DNA of 63,988 nt, filler included, from Ionaspis alba (GCA_964255285.1; 10 parts of 10 records of this genome joined end to end with filler, not necessarily neighbours in it); one strand, 5' to 3'. Numbered from the whole stretch's first letter, positions 13,106 through 27,326 are shown. Numbers and translations: made by a program. The notes: generated from the letters alone by a model not told the origin.

Positions 13106-16100
13106 CCTAATCCCCTCCCCATCCTCCCAAATCTCACTCTTACTCTCCCATCCCTCCGCCCTATGCGCACACCTCCTACACCTAAAGACCCCCGTGCCCC
13201 TGCCTCCCTTCCTCGCCGCACTACTGACCGTCATCTGGACGCTCAAAAAGCTGCCACACCCTTTACAAATCCAAGCACGGCAATAATCACTGCAATTCAT
13301 CAACCGATCCTGCAGCAGATACGCAGCCCCATGCGCCAACAAGGCATCCCTTTCCATCTCACCGACTCTGATCCCACCTCCCTTCGCCCGGCCCTTAATC
13401 GGCTGTCCCGTCAACGGCTGCACCGGTCCCGTCGTACGAACCTGGAACTTATCATTGACCATATGTCTCAAGCGCTGGTAATAGACAACACCCATGTAGA
13501 TGTCGGCCGCGAACTCCTTGCCCGTGATGCCCGAGTACATAGGCTCGTTGCCAAAGTAATTATACCCCGCTACTCTGAGCTGTTCGCCGAAGTAGTCTCC
13601 GGCCGTATTTTCCTCATCGAATTGCCACGGCGAGGAATCCTGTGCGATACCGTGCAAGGCACCGGCTTTGCCTGCAAGGGACTCAATGAACATGCCGATG
13701 GTCATGCGGGAGGGAAAAGCGTGCGGGTTGATGATGATGTCGGGGACGATGCCGGATTCCGAGAAGGGCATGTCGACGGTCGGCCATTTCTGGGAGCAAA
13801 CGCCCTTTTGGCCGTGGCGGGAAGAGAACTTGTCGCCGATGACCGGGGAGCGCGGAATGCGCAGCTTGATGCTGACAGCTTGGCAGGGTTGATCACCTGT
13901 TTCGGAGCCGAGGACGCGGACTTCTTCTACGAATGCGGTTTCGGTGTCTCTGTATTTTTGGAAACGCGTTGTGAAGTCCCGGTTCATGTAGGTGTTCGAG
14001 AAGGAGTCGTGGGTCACGCTGTGCATTGCGCAAAGGACGGAACCATCTGTCAGCATGGTGCCGATGTGGGGGAGGCCGTCTTCATCGAGGTGAGCGCGTG
14101 CGCTGGCGGGGATGGTGCTGTTGGGTGCGAAGCCGAAGAGCTGGGTAATGGCTGTTTTGGAGCGGCCGTTTCCACGACCTTCATCGAGGCGGATGATCTT
14201 CGTTTTGTAGATTGTACCGTGGCCGAAGCCTCGGTCGTGAGCGAATTTGTTGATTATCATCGCATCGTCCATGTCGTAGCCCGTATACGAGATGACGGCC
14301 ACCACAGCGTTCATTCCGTTTGGAAAATTGTCCAAACCATAAGCAGTGTGGAGTGATGCCCGCGCGATGGGTGTCTGACCGGTTTGGAGGCGATAGGATT
14401 TGTTGTCGGTGCGGTAACGACCGGCGCTACCTGCTGTACCCATGGCCTGCTTGGCCATTTGACATTGGTACATGTTTCGAGGAGACTGGTTTTGGTCCGA
14501 GTATGGTGTCTGATTGGCGAAGATGGAGAGAATGTTTGTGACGTTTGTCTCAACATGAGTGTCCCCTTGTTGTATCTCATGTGGCCTGCATGCTATGGAC
14601 ATGAAAGGTTGCTCGAAAGCACCAACGAAGTCTTGCTTGTCGAGGATGTTGTAGGTGACTGGTCGAATCATTCTCGACGGGTGAGAGGCAAGGTAGAGAC
14701 CCGGGTACAGCCCTGCTTTGCTGTTCGGAATATGACCGATCTCGAGCTCCACAGGTATATCATGCGTCCTTTCGACTTTCCAGTACCTCAGCGCATCTCC
14801 AATAATGCGAGCCTGCTTGGGCTTGCAAAATCCGAGAATTCGACCATTGAGTTGCACCACAACGCTTTCATCAACAGAAGCTGATGAAGTGGAGACGACA
14901 CCCATTTGGGCAAGCAGGGGAGGAAGAGAAGAGACGTCAAGATCACGAGTCGTGATCTTGCAAGCATGTGCCAAATGATTTAGCAATCCGCAAGGGCTGC
15001 CGTCAGGAGTATGCACAGGACAGAGAAAGCCCCAACTTTCAGGAAGAAGCTTTCGAACAGTGGTAGTCTTCAACTGTGCGAAGAAACTACCTCGATGCAC
15101 CATGCGGAAGTGGCTCAAGAATCTGTAGAAATTGATCTTCTCGGCCGCAACGGTGAATCCGGAAGTCTGTTGCAGATCAAGCCCGGAAGGACTGGAAAGG
15201 TTCCCTGTAGACAAGAAGTATTCGAGTGCTCCTCCAACGGCATCACTAGTCTTCCTCATGATCTTAGAACCAAATTCCCTCAGAAAGCTTGGATCCTGGA
15301 AAGAAGTGTAATCACCCTGTTCCGACCAAAGTCTCAAGGAATAGCCTATCGTCTTTATCCATTCCTCCAACTTCTCCTTGAGAATCATAGAGTAGAGAAA
15401 TCCACCAAGCAACAATTCTTGGTTCGAGACAGCGTCAGGATTATCGACCGCACAGTCACCTGCAACCAAAGCATAGAGTTTCCGCGTCATAAACAACAGC
15501 ATCTTGAACTTGTCATGATCCTGCGCAGGAGTAACATTGACATTCCCCAAATGCACGAGGACAATCTTGCGTAGGAATTCCGTACCTGCATCTTCATCTG
15601 ATATATCCGCAGGGACATTCAACACTGGTTTGAACTTCTCTCCAAGATACGCTCTAGTTTTGGCCTTTCCATGAAGATTGTACGCCTTGTAAGTCCGCAG
15701 CAGAAGCTCCATACGATCAGTAAAGAAAGTGTTCTTGGCTCCTTTCGAGCCCGCCGCTCCCACTATTCCCTCGAAAATCTCCCTGTCGTTGGTCTCAACA
15801 AGAGCTTTCAGAATCATCATGACGGGAACAAGGTATTCGGACTTCTTCCACGAAAACCGAAACGTGACATTGCCATCGCTGCAGTAGTGAAGAACATTGG
15901 TTTGGGACGTCTCATCCGGTCGAACGCAACGGATTTGCATTCCATATTTTGTGTACATAGGTCCGCGATTGACGAATGAGTTGCGGATGATAGCCAAAGG
16001 GTAGTTTCGCTTTGCCACAATCAACATTCGGATGAGCTTCTCATTGCCATTGACAATAAAATAGCCGCCCAGCTCTTCGGTCTCCTCCTTGTGTTGGACC

Positions 16101-16648
16101 AACTGTGCTGGTGTGCATTTTTCTAGGTGACACCTGTTTGACCTGACCATGATGGGCAATTGCCCAAGCTCGTGGAATCTTTCATGCCATTCTCCATTGT
16201 TGACCTTGTATTCCAGCCTTGCGCTGAGCTTGCCCCGATACGAAGCATGTCTTTCTCGACATTCGGCTGGGTAGATCTCTCGGTTTCGAGTGCTAAATTT
16301 GTTATTGGCTGGTAGGACTGACTTCTCGAGGTGAACACTCTTTATCCGCACGCTTAAGCGATCTTTCTTTAGAAGGGGAGTGTCTTGAGCTTCTCGGGAT
16401 ATCCGTTGCTCCCTGCTCTCATCAGGTTGTAGAAAGACCCAGGTGCCTATGTCTTTTAGTCCCGCGTTCAACAGCTTGTTGTTGTCGAAGATTGCATTGA
16501 AAGACTCTATGTGAGGCCGTAGGGCTTCTGCTAGGAGTGGGTAGGCGGAATGATCTTTAGGGGGTGATCTGAAGAGCTTCTCTCGCCGTACAGTGTCAAA
16601 TTCATGATTCCATTTGGTGTTAGTGGGTGGGATAGTAGAGGGAGCCAT
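13106..16648 (-). CDS. RPA135: RNA polymerase I second-largest subunit, extreme 3' end truncated
   Basis: Motifs GGYFIVNGNEKLIR, TTVRKLLPESWGFLCPVHTPDG, NQSPRNMYQCQM, GDKFSSRHGQKG, RLRHMVNDK and GGGIRVGEMERD, plus C-terminal Zn-finger cysteines. Confidence 0.97.
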
Positions 16649-17239
16649 CACAGGTAGTGTGAATAAAGCAAAGTTGAAGAGTGAAGAAAGATATTCTCCC
16701 TTCACCTGTCGATTTTAACGCGCTTCATCGTGAGGGACGCTGTATCATATAGAAGAGTGTTGACGAAGTGTTGAAGTATTAATAGTGGTGTTGTACAAGA
16801 TTTATATTTCTCTTCTTCCACTTATCGATAAATTTCGTTCAGGCTTAGCTTCAACGCGGCACTCCACTCCCCCATGTCGGAATAAATAACGACTAATGCA
16901 CCAGATCACCTTCGATTTTTGACGCCAGCAGTCAATCACGAGCACCTACAGTTTCTGTAAGGGAAGCTGCCTCGATCCCCTTTCTAAATTCTGTCCTTGC
17001 GAAAAACCGTTCACCAGAGAGCCATCAAAGGACAGGGAGAGAAAGTCACTCATTTAATTTACACTATAACCTGCTTCCAGTCATTGATGCTAGAATTGTC
17101 TCACTGAAAAGGGCGCCCCCGCACTTTTCGCTCCCGCGAACGAACCAAGGATTCTTTGCGAACGACTGGTCCTCCGAGCATTTTGGCACCGCGACATTGA
17201 CAGCCATCCAGTCTGCGCGGAAACTTTCATAGCTCCATC

Positions 17240-18204
17240 ATGGCAGGTTTCTTCCAGAGTATCTATGATTGGTTGCTCCGGCTCTTCTGGTTTGTTGTGT
17301 CTCTCCTTCATTCTATGCACAGGCATCCAGCCCTTGCGCCATTGTCTATATGTCGATCGCGACCACAGCGACAGCAAACATTTCGGTGCATGTGTGCATA
17401 TATATAGATAATGCTGATAGATCATGCGATATGATAGGGCGACGGAGATGGACGTAACCATGATTGGGTTGCAGAATGCTGGCAAGACGTCTCTGCTTCG
17501 AGTTCTTGCGGTATGTGTTTCGCAATGACCTGGTTGCAATATAGCCTCATGATGCACGTACTAACATAACTCCATGTAGGGTGGCGAGTTCACGATAGAG
17601 TATGTCGATCGGCCGTGCTCTCGACAGCTTTGATCTGGAGCGCTTCGGTGTCTGACTGCTTAATTATGTAGTTCCATCCCCACGGTCGGCTTCAATATGA
17701 AGCGCGTCCAGAAGGGTCATGTCACCTTGAAGTGGTATGTTCCTCTCTGAAACCAGGATGAAGCACCAAATTTCCAGGCGGCCTGAAGGATGCTAAATTC
17801 CTTGTAGCTGGGATCTAGGAGGGCAACCACGGTTTCGATCGATGTGGGAAAGGTATTGCCGAAACGTCAACGCCATCGTGTATATTTCTCGACCCAAGAT
17901 ACTGCTCCAGCATTGGCTGACTCTGATTAGGTATATCGTTGACGCAGCTGATAAAGAGGCGCTTCCCATCGCTGGCGAAGAGCTCCATGCTCTACTGGAC
18001 AAGCCAGTCCTGAAAGGTATTCCATTACTGGTCCTCGGCAACAAGTCGGATCTACCAGAGAAGCTTTCAGTTGATCAACTTATCGATGCGCTCAATCTCA
18101 AAGCCGTCACGGATCGCGAGACCAGCTGCTATGGAATCAGTGCCAAGGAGGAGACCAATCTGGACGCAGTCTTGCAGTGGCTCATTGCAAGAAAGAGTAA
18201 GTGA
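17240..18204 (+). CDS. ARL8: ARF-like small GTPase Arl8 (multi-exon)
   Basis: Spliced exons read [17 protein letters not shown] / [18 protein letters not shown] / IPTVGFNMK / [18 protein letters not shown] / LGNKSDL / CYGISAKE. Confidence 0.93.
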
Positions 18205-19262
18205 CCCATTGAGATGTGAAATGACGGGTATGAAAAAAGTATGGCCATGAACGATGACTCCTAAAGTTCACGTTTATGATTTGACGACATGATGGAAAGA
18301 AGAAGATGCATGCAAGGCGCATTGCAAGCCAGCGATGGCGACATATATTTCCTTCTGTTCGGAGCTGGGTGGTTGATCATTTTGGTTTTTTCTTCTCCTT
18401 TTCATGAATGTGTCGACAGTGCTCATCATCTGTCGCGGGCTGCAAGTCATGGAAATCGTAACATCGTAAGCATGCGAGAATCGGAAGCCGTGGTAATGAT
18501 ATGCATGTCATTCGCGGTATCTTGGTTTAGTCAATATAGAATCCTTGGTTGTCCGTTTCATGGCTCGATTTTCGCATAAACGGGATTGTTAGGAGTAAAC
18601 GGTTCCCACGCAACGTAACGACACTGGTTCGAGAATAATCCCATAAAAATCGGGGAATCTAAAGAAACATGTTGAGGGTTTCACGTATCAAACAGTCATT
18701 TCAGCAGTGAGCAGGAGGAAGAGGTTGCAAAAGAAAGAAAGCGTGCTGTCCAAAAGCTGTTATACCACCCTCCCACTGTTTACTGCCACCTCATCGTGCA
18801 GCATACCTAACGAGAATTATCCCTGCACAATGTCACGATTTATGTGCCATGACCCATTCCAGCCTAGCGTCGATCAATGCAAATCACCCACTGGGTCTAG
18901 TCAGCAAACAGGGTCTATGCGGCCGGGAGGTCGGAAAGTGACAATAAGCAGCAGGCTCAGTAGTAATCCATGACCACATAGATTCAGCCCAAACTTCTTG
19001 GTACTGCAATTTTTGGCCCTACACAGCCCAGTGCAGTCGTCAGTCCACTGTTATTGTCAACGCCACCGCTTGAGGCATATTTATCTTGCTTTGGCAGAAC
19101 TCCAATCCATATCCAACTACGATCCTACGAGCGCATAAGTGACCTCTACATCCACCCTTCGTCCGTCCTCTGGTGTCGCGGCTTTTCGTCTCTATTGACC
19201 ATCCCTCGAATCGGAAATTGAACGAACGCGATATCAGGCTCGACCAAACCCTTCGTATCACC

Positions 19263-19555
19263 ATGGCTCCGACAGATCTTCTGCGTAGGCAGTATGGGTA
19301 TGGCTACAACAAGTAAGTTGCCACCTTCTCTCACAGGTCCTCCACCGGCCACAGCCTCTCGTGCATCTCCCTTCCAGCACAGCCATTTCTACTACAGCAA
19401 GAAATCCACCCCAAGCTATCTCACAACGCCCACACATTTTCCTCCTCATCCACTAACACCCACCCAGCTGCAACAGCTACGGCTACTCCTACAGCAACGG
19501 CGGCTGCTACTACAGCGGCTGGAATGCCTACGGCCGCTGGATCGTTCTCGCCGCG
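19263..19555 (+). CDS. RCR-like (chitin synthesis regulation / Congo red resistance) single-pass protein, 5' fragment
   Basis: MAPTDLLRRQYGYGYN, a GTAAGT...CTAAC...CAG intron, then CNSYGYSYSNGGCYYSGWNAYGRWIVLAA. The W-x3-GRW-TM pattern is typical of RCR proteins. Confidence 0.6.
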
Positions 19556-19693
19556 NNNNNNNNNNNNNNNNNNNNNNNNNNNNNNNNNNNNNNNNNNNNT
19601 TAATTAATTAANNNNNNNNNNNNNNNNNNNNNNNNNNNNNNNNNNNNNNNNNNNNACGGCATTATCCATCAACATCCCTACACCAGAGTCAGC

Positions 19694-21103
19694 ATGGAAG
19701 ATCAGGAACCAGAGGTCGCCACTAAGGCGCCAGAAAGTGATGCTCCTAAGGAAAGCGGCTTAGCTAAGGGTGCACAACAAGGTCCAGCTATGGGAGTTAG
19801 GCAACCTTGACTCTGTCTCCTTCATGTCATTGACAATCGTTTTAGGAGCACTGTGTGACGGATCGTCCTACTCGTGAGCCTTCCTGGTAATGGAGAGTAG
19901 TTCTAAAGAGAGCTAAGACATGAGGTAGCTGCCGGGGCGACTCCTACTGGTGTGGGTCAAAGTGCCAAGGTGGATGTAGATTGAGGGAAGCTAAATGTGT
20001 ACATACAGGAACTATCCAAGATTGCAGACATTGATGTGAGGAGGATCTATCTATACTCATGCATAGCCCTACTTATCAACTGCTTCAAGGTCTACGTCAC
20101 GAAACCCAGCGACTATCCTCACTCTCCTTCGAAACTGTTACTCTTCCTCAGCAGTGGTCAAGGCATATACTCCACCAACAACCAGTTACAGGCAGACAAG
20201 TATGCTGCCGAAGGCTTCCTCGTTGTCATGCCTGACCAGTACGCCGCTCCTTCGTCGCTGCCGTTATCGTTGCGCTACTTACACTGGTCTTGTCAGGTTC
20301 GGAGGTGACCCAGCCCCAAACAGCGCCAACCACGACCTACCAGAAGAAGGCCCTACGGTCATTGAACAGGTGAAGCTGAGGGCGGCAGAGACGGTTCAAT
20401 CATTCATGCTAGATATGTGGCTCGCCCGGCACACACCCGAGAAAGTCATGCCATTGCTCCAAAAGGTTGTAGAGGGAGCCAAAGAAGAATTTGCCGACGC
20501 AGTAGCCAATGGAGGTGGCATTTATGCCGTGGGCTATTGCTTTGGCGGGAAATATGTGTTGCAACTTGGTAGCGAGCTTCCGGACACAGTTGCTCATGGC
20601 CAAACGGATGTAGAGGCTGGGGTCGTACAGAAACAGCCGGTCATCAAGGCTGGTGCTCTAGCTCATGGTAGGACAAAGTCCTTGTAGCGGTGGCCCAGCA
20701 GCTTACAGGCCTTAGGTACCATGATCACGAAGCAAGATATTGAATCTGTCAAGATCCCAGTCACGATGGCGTGCACCGGTATGTCACGCTTCTAAATCAA
20801 TCATGCAGGCCTCGTCAAAGCTCGAGGCTCTCCTTACTAATGTATTATTGCAGAGAATGATCAGCTGTTTCCGGATGAGATCCGAGAAGAAGGGAAGAAG
20901 TATTTGGAAGAGAATGGCATGAAGCACGAGATCAAGGTCTATCCAAACGCTCCTCACGGTAAGCTCTTCTCCATAAGTAACAAGCTCATCAGTCACTGAT
21001 AGATCTAGGCTTTGCTGTCGTTGGAGAATACGAGGACCCGAAAATCCAGGAGGCTCAGAAGGAGGCATTCGAGCAAATGTTGGCATGGCTGAAGGCGCAC
21101 TAG
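19694..21103 (+). CDS. Dienelactone hydrolase family protein (many short exons)
   Basis: MGEHCVTDRPTP, QADKYAAEGFLVVMPD, nucleophile motif GYCFGG, and YPNAPHGFAV. Confidence 0.9.
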
Positions 21104-21825
21104 CCGTCTGGAGTGGGCGAGGCCCCTCTATGAATAGAACGATTTTTTTAACGACACATGCTTGTATGATGGAATGATAGTACACCGTAGTAAGGAATTC
21201 TTGATATGCATTCAAGGTTATGGCCGACCAGTTATGTCAAAATCAAGTCAAGTCGTCCACACTTCTGCCGGTGATATACAGACACCGTTGTAGTGCTTTG
21301 GTTGGAAGGCGCATTTGTAGATCTTGCCACCGGTTTGACGGCACGCAGGGGCCAATGGTGAAGGAGGCTGGTTCTACTAAGGTGGTCTTCCTAACTACGC
21401 TAGTGGGAGGCCCTTACGACAAATCGCTCCTTCAACGGTAAATGAAATATTAGCTCGGAGCAGATTAGCGACATTTGCTTGCTTCGGCTGCATAATCTTA
21501 GGGGGCTTGAATTCCCTTTGATCTCCTTGTGCGAATGTACTCAATGCAGATTGTACCTCGCTGATTGCTACTTATGGGCCCAAGACTTACGCATGTTTAG
21601 TGGACGCTTTCAATGGAACATCTGGTGTTGTTCTCCCACATGTCTAGGCACCGGTGAAAGATTCATGCTTTAGAAGATATCCATATGTCTTAGGAAACGG
21701 CTGGTTTGCAACTATAAAAGTCGTCTTCAGAGTTTTAGCCGCCCGGACTTCATTTTATCCCATGTCGAATCTTTGCTTTCACTGATAATTCCTGCATGTT
21801 TTGCATTTTCGCTTTTATCTCCATA

Positions 21826-23395
21826 ATGGAAGAATTCCCTCTACAGCCTCTTGAACCCTTTGTTCTCACAGAACCGTCTTACAGACGCATCGCGAACGTC
21901 GCAATGTCCAAGGCTTTAGGTCTCTTGATCTTTGGTTTCGTCTCGGAAGCAAACAAGATTGTCTCTTTGCTATACCATCACAACGTGTTCGACTTTGATA
22001 TGGACGATCACGTAACCAAAGCATGCATACACTTCGCGTGGGCCCAGTCGAACGCCTGGCCTCCTTTCATGTTACACCCTGACCCTAGCAAACCTAGATT
22101 CGTACGCGCAATAGGTGCAGCTGGCGAGTTCTTTGGGGACGACGAAGAAGTTCTTGGAGAGATGGAGGAGCAATGGCGTGGAGCACGGTGGGATAACGCT
22201 CTGAGAAACAAGTATCCGAATTTTGATGTGGAGGACCTCAATGCTGCCATCTCGTTGGTCAATATTGAAAAATATACGTACGACACCTCCTCACACGCAC
22301 CCCGACGGCTCGGTCAAGCTATAGAGATAGCGCTCATTTTAAACCATGAAAACACAGCCAAAGATCTGCTGCGCGGAGCGGTTGCCGATTTCCTGGTCCT
22401 GAAAAAGGAGAAATCTCAGCGCGCGGTTAATATAGCCGTGATAGGGGAAGGCCGCCGCATCTGGAAAATACTTAACACCGGCTTTCTTGCCAAGGAGTTT
22501 ACAATCGAGAACGAAGATGTCAGCCACTATGTAGATTCCCTGCTTTCCACACTGCAGCAGCGCTTCGACAATGGCCCACAGCGTCCATTTAAAGACGAGT
22601 CCATCAAAGAGCTCGTAGACACCCTCGACAAGACCTGGCTCGAAATCATAGTCTTGGAACATGACCAATCAGCCCTGACAAATTGCGAACATGTCATTCC
22701 CAAGAGTTTCACCCATCAGGGCCTTAGCAAGAAGCAGATTGCAGAATTTGAGAAACGACTAGGCGAGGACCTTCCTGCCGACTTCAAAGAATTCCTTTCA
22801 GTAACTGACGGCTTCTATGATGGTAAACTCGAAGACTCGTGCGAAATGTTTTTGCCATCTTCACACATGCTCTGGGAAGACGAGCCTGTCTTTGGTGATG
22901 CCGTGTCGCTAATTGAAGTGTCGCTAATTGAGCAGTCTCTCACCACGAGGCTTGACGATCTGTTTGAGTGGCCACAGCTCCGCCGTGCGATCCATACAGG
23001 GAGAGGAATGGACGACGCGGGGTACCAGTACCTAGTAGAGCCGAGACTAGTGAAGGAGGCTATTCACGAATTCGATCGAAAGTACGAGAGCGCCGATGAA
23101 GGCACGAGAAAGGTATTAGAGCGGGTTGCGATAGATCATTATGGAGGATTGCAGGAGATGAGGGAAACGCAGTGGTTGATGGTGGTTACACCCTCCTTGG
23201 CCCCGGCCGCCCGTCATGTCTACAGGTGAGCAGTAGATATTGACTGTTTTGAGGGGAGAAGGTATGCTGACAATGGATTCTGGTAGCTCTTTCAGGGCAT
23301 ATCTGGAGATGCTGGTGTTGGATGCGCAGGAGCGCTTGGAAGTGGTGAAGCAGGAGGCCGAGTATCCGGAAAGGGAGAAGGAGATGCTAATTTAA
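21826..23395 (+). CDS. SMI1/KNR4 (SUKH) domain protein, ~502 aa
   Basis: GLSKKQIAEFEKRLGEDLPADFKEFLSVTDG is the SUKH N-terminal motif. Intron 23226-23286 restores a C-terminal SFRAYLE helix. An alternative ATG lies at 21796. Confidence 0.75.
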
Positions 23396-23523
23396 GGAGC
23401 ACAACGAACTTGGGAAGCGGAAGCGTGCGAACGATGATGAAGGGGACAACGGTGGACGCTGACGAGGGAGCCAACAAGGGCAAAAGGAGGGACGAAAACC
23501 AGGGGGACGAAGGAGTTGTTTCT

Positions 23524-23623
23524 NNNNNNNNNNNNNNNNNNNNNNNNNNNNNNNNNNNNNNNNNNNNNNNNNNNNNNNNNNNNNNNNNNNNNNNNNNNNN
23601 NNNNNNNNNNNNNNNNNNNNNNN
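23524..23623. other. Internal 100-N scaffold gap without stop linker (a second such gap is at 28866-28965)
   Basis: A run of 100 N lacking TTAATTAATTAA. Confidence 0.95.
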
Positions 23624-26094
23624 ACAGACTGTGTGGGAAACCCAGGGTCTGGTAAGATGGAAGATGACATAATCATCAAGCTCCTATCTGAAGATCCCTC
23701 GAACTACGATGATGCCCCGTTGGAAGGAATTCGTCGTCTACTATCAAAGTTTACCGGCAGGGAAGTACCCAGAGGTGAAGCGCTCGATACGTCCAAAATT
23801 GAGAGCATTCGAATGGGTACTACAGTAGCTACCAATGCGCTTTTGGAAAGGAAGGGAGAAAAAATTGCTATGGTGGTTACGAAGGGGTTCAAGGATTGCT
23901 TGGAGATAGGCAACCAATCTCGGCCAAAGATCTTTGACCTTGCCATCCGGAAACCAGAAGTTCTATATCAGACGGTGGTCGAGATCGATGAGCGGGTGAC
24001 TTTGGAAGACTATGCTGAAGATCCAGAAAGGTACACTACCCAGACGGAACCTCGGGACAAATCTAAGGACTCGGATATGGTACGAGGTCTTTCTTCGGAG
24101 GCGGTAAGGATCCTGAAGAGACCATCTGAAGATACAGTTCGAAAGCAATTACAAAAGATTTACAATGATGGTATCAGAAGTATTGCAGTTTGCTTGGTTC
24201 ATGGCTATACATTCCCAGACCACGAGGCCTTGGTTGGACGACTCGCAAAAGAAATTGGCTTCCAACATGTCAGCTTGAGTCACGAATTGATGCCAATGAT
24301 TAAGCTTGTGCCTCGAGCTACTTCCGCCTGTGCGGACGCATATCTGACGCCAGCAATCAAGAAGTACATCGCAGGGTTCCAAGCAGGATTTGAGGGCGGC
24401 CTAGGAACAGAGAGCGTGAAGAAAGAGAAAGGCGCGAAGGGAGCAAGATGCGAATTCATGCAATCTGACGGTGGCTTGGTGGATGTCGATCAATTCTCGG
24501 GTCTACGAGCCATCCTGTCCGGCCCTGCAGGAGGAGTGGTTGGATATGCTCTGACATCCTATGATCCTGAGACAAAGACCCCAGTGATCGGCTTCGACAT
24601 GGGTGGTACAAGCACAGATGTCAGCAGATACGGATCTGGACGGTACGAGCATGTTTTTGAGACCACAACAGCGGGCGTGACCATACAGTCACCTCAGCTG
24701 GATATCAACACCGTTGCTGCAGGTGGAGGGTCACGTCTTTTCTTCAGGAATGGCCTATTTGTTGTCGGACCAGAATCTGCAGGCGCACATCCAGGTCCAG
24801 CTTGCTATCGCAAAGGAGGGCCTCTTACCGTTACTGATGCCAACCTCTTTCTGGGCCGACTGCTTCCAGACTTTTTTCCTAAAATATTTGGGAAGAACGA
24901 GGATCAAGGACTTGACGAGAAAGCAAGTGAGCAGCTCTTCCAGGAATTGACCAATCAGATCAACAAAGAGGTCTCTCGTGATAGTGATGAAAAGAAAATG
25001 ACACTAGATGAAGTGGCTTATGGGTTTATCAAGATTGCAAACGAGACAATGACCCGTCCTATTAGATCTTTGACAGAGGCTAAGGGACATGATACTTCTC
25101 AACATCGACTTGCAACTTTTGGAGGAGCAGGTGGACAACACGCTGTCGCAATCGCCGAAAGTCTAGGTATCCGTCAGATCCTTGTCCACCGATACTCTTC
25201 AGTCTTATCAGCATACGGTATGGCTTTGGCTGATGTGGTAGATGAGTCTCAAGTCCCAGAATCTAAGGTATGGTCAGAAGAAGGAGATACTAGGAAGCAG
25301 TTGCGAGAGAAGATGGAAGAGCTGAAAGAGAAATCAACCAAGAAATTATTAGATCAAGGATTTGCTAAAGAGAAGATTGAGTTCGAGGAATACCTCAACA
25401 TGAGATATAGAGGAACGGAATCGGCTTTGATGGTGGTCAGACCTGGTGCGGAGGAAGTTAAGAGAGATTTAAATGGAGATGACTGGGCCTTTGGCAAAGC
25501 CTTTGTTCTACAACATCAACAGGAATTTGGCTTCACTCTCCCAGATCGAGATATCATCGTGGACGATGTTCGAGTCAGGGGCATCGGAAAGAGCTTCGAA
25601 GGGCTAGATAAAACAGTTGACCAACAGCTCAAGGAGATAAAGCCCAAAGACCTGAAAGATGATAAGAAATATGGGACCTCACAAGTGTACTTCGAAGGTG
25701 GACGACAGGATACACCGATCTATAAGCTCGAGAATTTGGATGTGGGAGACAGAATTCAAGGACCAGCTATTCTGGCCGATGGCACGCAAACAATTGTTGT
25801 CACGCCTGGAGCTTCGGCCTTGATTATTGAGACGCATGTGGTAATCAATATTGGCAAGAGTGAAGGGAAAGACACGAAAGTCAACGCAAAAGAAGTCGAT
25901 CCCATCATGTTGAGCATTTTTGCTCATCGTTTCATGGCCATTGCGGAGCAAATGGGCAGGGCTTTGCAGAAGACTAGTGTCAGTACCAATGTCAAGGAAA
26001 GACTCGACTACTCGTGTGCGCTTTTCGATTCAACAGGCGGACTGGTGGCAAACGCACCGCATCTTCCAGTTCATCTTGGAAGCATGTCGACCTG
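23624..26094 (+). CDS. OXP1: 5-oxoprolinase (ATP-hydrolysing), truncated at both ends
   Basis: IRMGTTVATNALLERKG, ILSGPAGGVVG, GFDMGGTSTDVSR and SVSTNVKERLDYSCALF. Confidence 0.96.
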
Positions 26095-26253
26095 NNNNNN
26101 NNNNNNNNNNNNNNNNNNNNNNNNNNNNNNNNNNNNNNTTAATTAATTAANNNNNNNNNNNNNNNNNNNNNNNNNNNNNNNNNNNNNNNNNNNNGGACAC
26201 GTCGACAATGAAAGCCTTCCCCACCGATATGTAGGAGATTGACACATCCACCT

Positions 26254-27064
26254 TCAACTTCTTGGCTCGTCCGTCAAAGGCACATAACGCACCCCGTACT
26301 GCTTCTTTTGTACGATGCTGCCGTCCTCTTTCTTGTCGATGACCCATATATACTGTGCATAATCATCGCCCACGGGGATGAACATCCTGAGCGATAGTTG
26401 TCAGAGCTTCTCCCGCATTTCTATCATAATTATGATTGTGTAGCTATGTCGGAGCCTCACCTTCCAGGCGCTTTGAGTTGGTCCACCAGATCTTGATGCG
26501 CCTCCTTAGCGGCAGCTCCAACGTGTATAGCATCATACGGTGCTCCTTCTTTCCAGCCCTTCCTCCCATCGGCCTTGATGAAAGCAGCTCGTCCGCTGTC
26601 CAGCATTATTTTCCCATCAGGACTCTTGCTCATATTGTCATTCGCCAAATCCACCAGACCTTGTATGTGGTCCACGCCAACAATTTTGCCTTCCGGCTCA
26701 ATCAGGTTCGCAAGTACATGAGTGAGGTAACCGGATCCCGAACCAATGTCCAGAACCCTGGAAGAGGGATGAAGAAATGGGAGTAATGACTCGGCAGCGG
26801 AAGCGTGCATGTGAGGGGCAGAGATGGTGGCACCCATGCCGATGGGCTGGGGACTGTCTTGGTAGGGACTGGCAGGAGCGTAGTGAGCACGGTCTACCTG
26901 TTCAGAGACATCATCAATGAGTTTACTGTGCAAACCAAAAGAAGATCAAGATAGTCGCGTACACCTAACATAGCCTTCTTGACACGGCTGGACTTGATCA
27001 TGCCATTTTCTGCTAGGTTAGCAATTAGCGACGCGTTACTGGATCCCGAAGACCTCCAGGCCAT
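26254..27064 (-). CDS. Protein-L-isoaspartate O-methyltransferase (3 exons)
   Basis: MAWRSSGSSN, VDRAHY, ATISAPHMHA, VLDIGSGSGYLT, APYDAIHVGAAA and GVRYVPLTD. Confidence 0.95.
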
Positions 27065-27326
27065 CTTGATGATTAAGTTGGACAAGACTGAGTGCAAAGC
27101 TCTTGCGAGGTTTGATCGAGGCACGGTAGGAATACTAGGAGTTGTGAAAGAAGTCGTATGTTGGGAACTGGTTTCGTGATTGCTAGTAGACGCTTTGGCA
27201 TATGACGATGTTGCAATTCCGCACCACTGCCCCACCACCCGAAGCTGTTTCAATCAGGCGATTCCACTTGAGAAAACGATGAATTTCGTCAGAGTAGCCG
27301 GCACGAAATTTGGTGAATGTACAGAT

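Noticed and set aside
13163..14356. 397-aa plus-strand ORF, and similar antisense ORFs over NCR1, TAF1 and the membrane protein
   Set aside because: These are shadow ORFs opposite conserved genes with biased codon usage and show no recognisable motifs.
23396..23523. Purine-rich, coding-like tail after the SUKH gene stop (possible frameshifted extension)
   Set aside because: It is short, low-complexity and adjacent to a gap, and cannot be distinguished from a 3' UTR or an assembly error.
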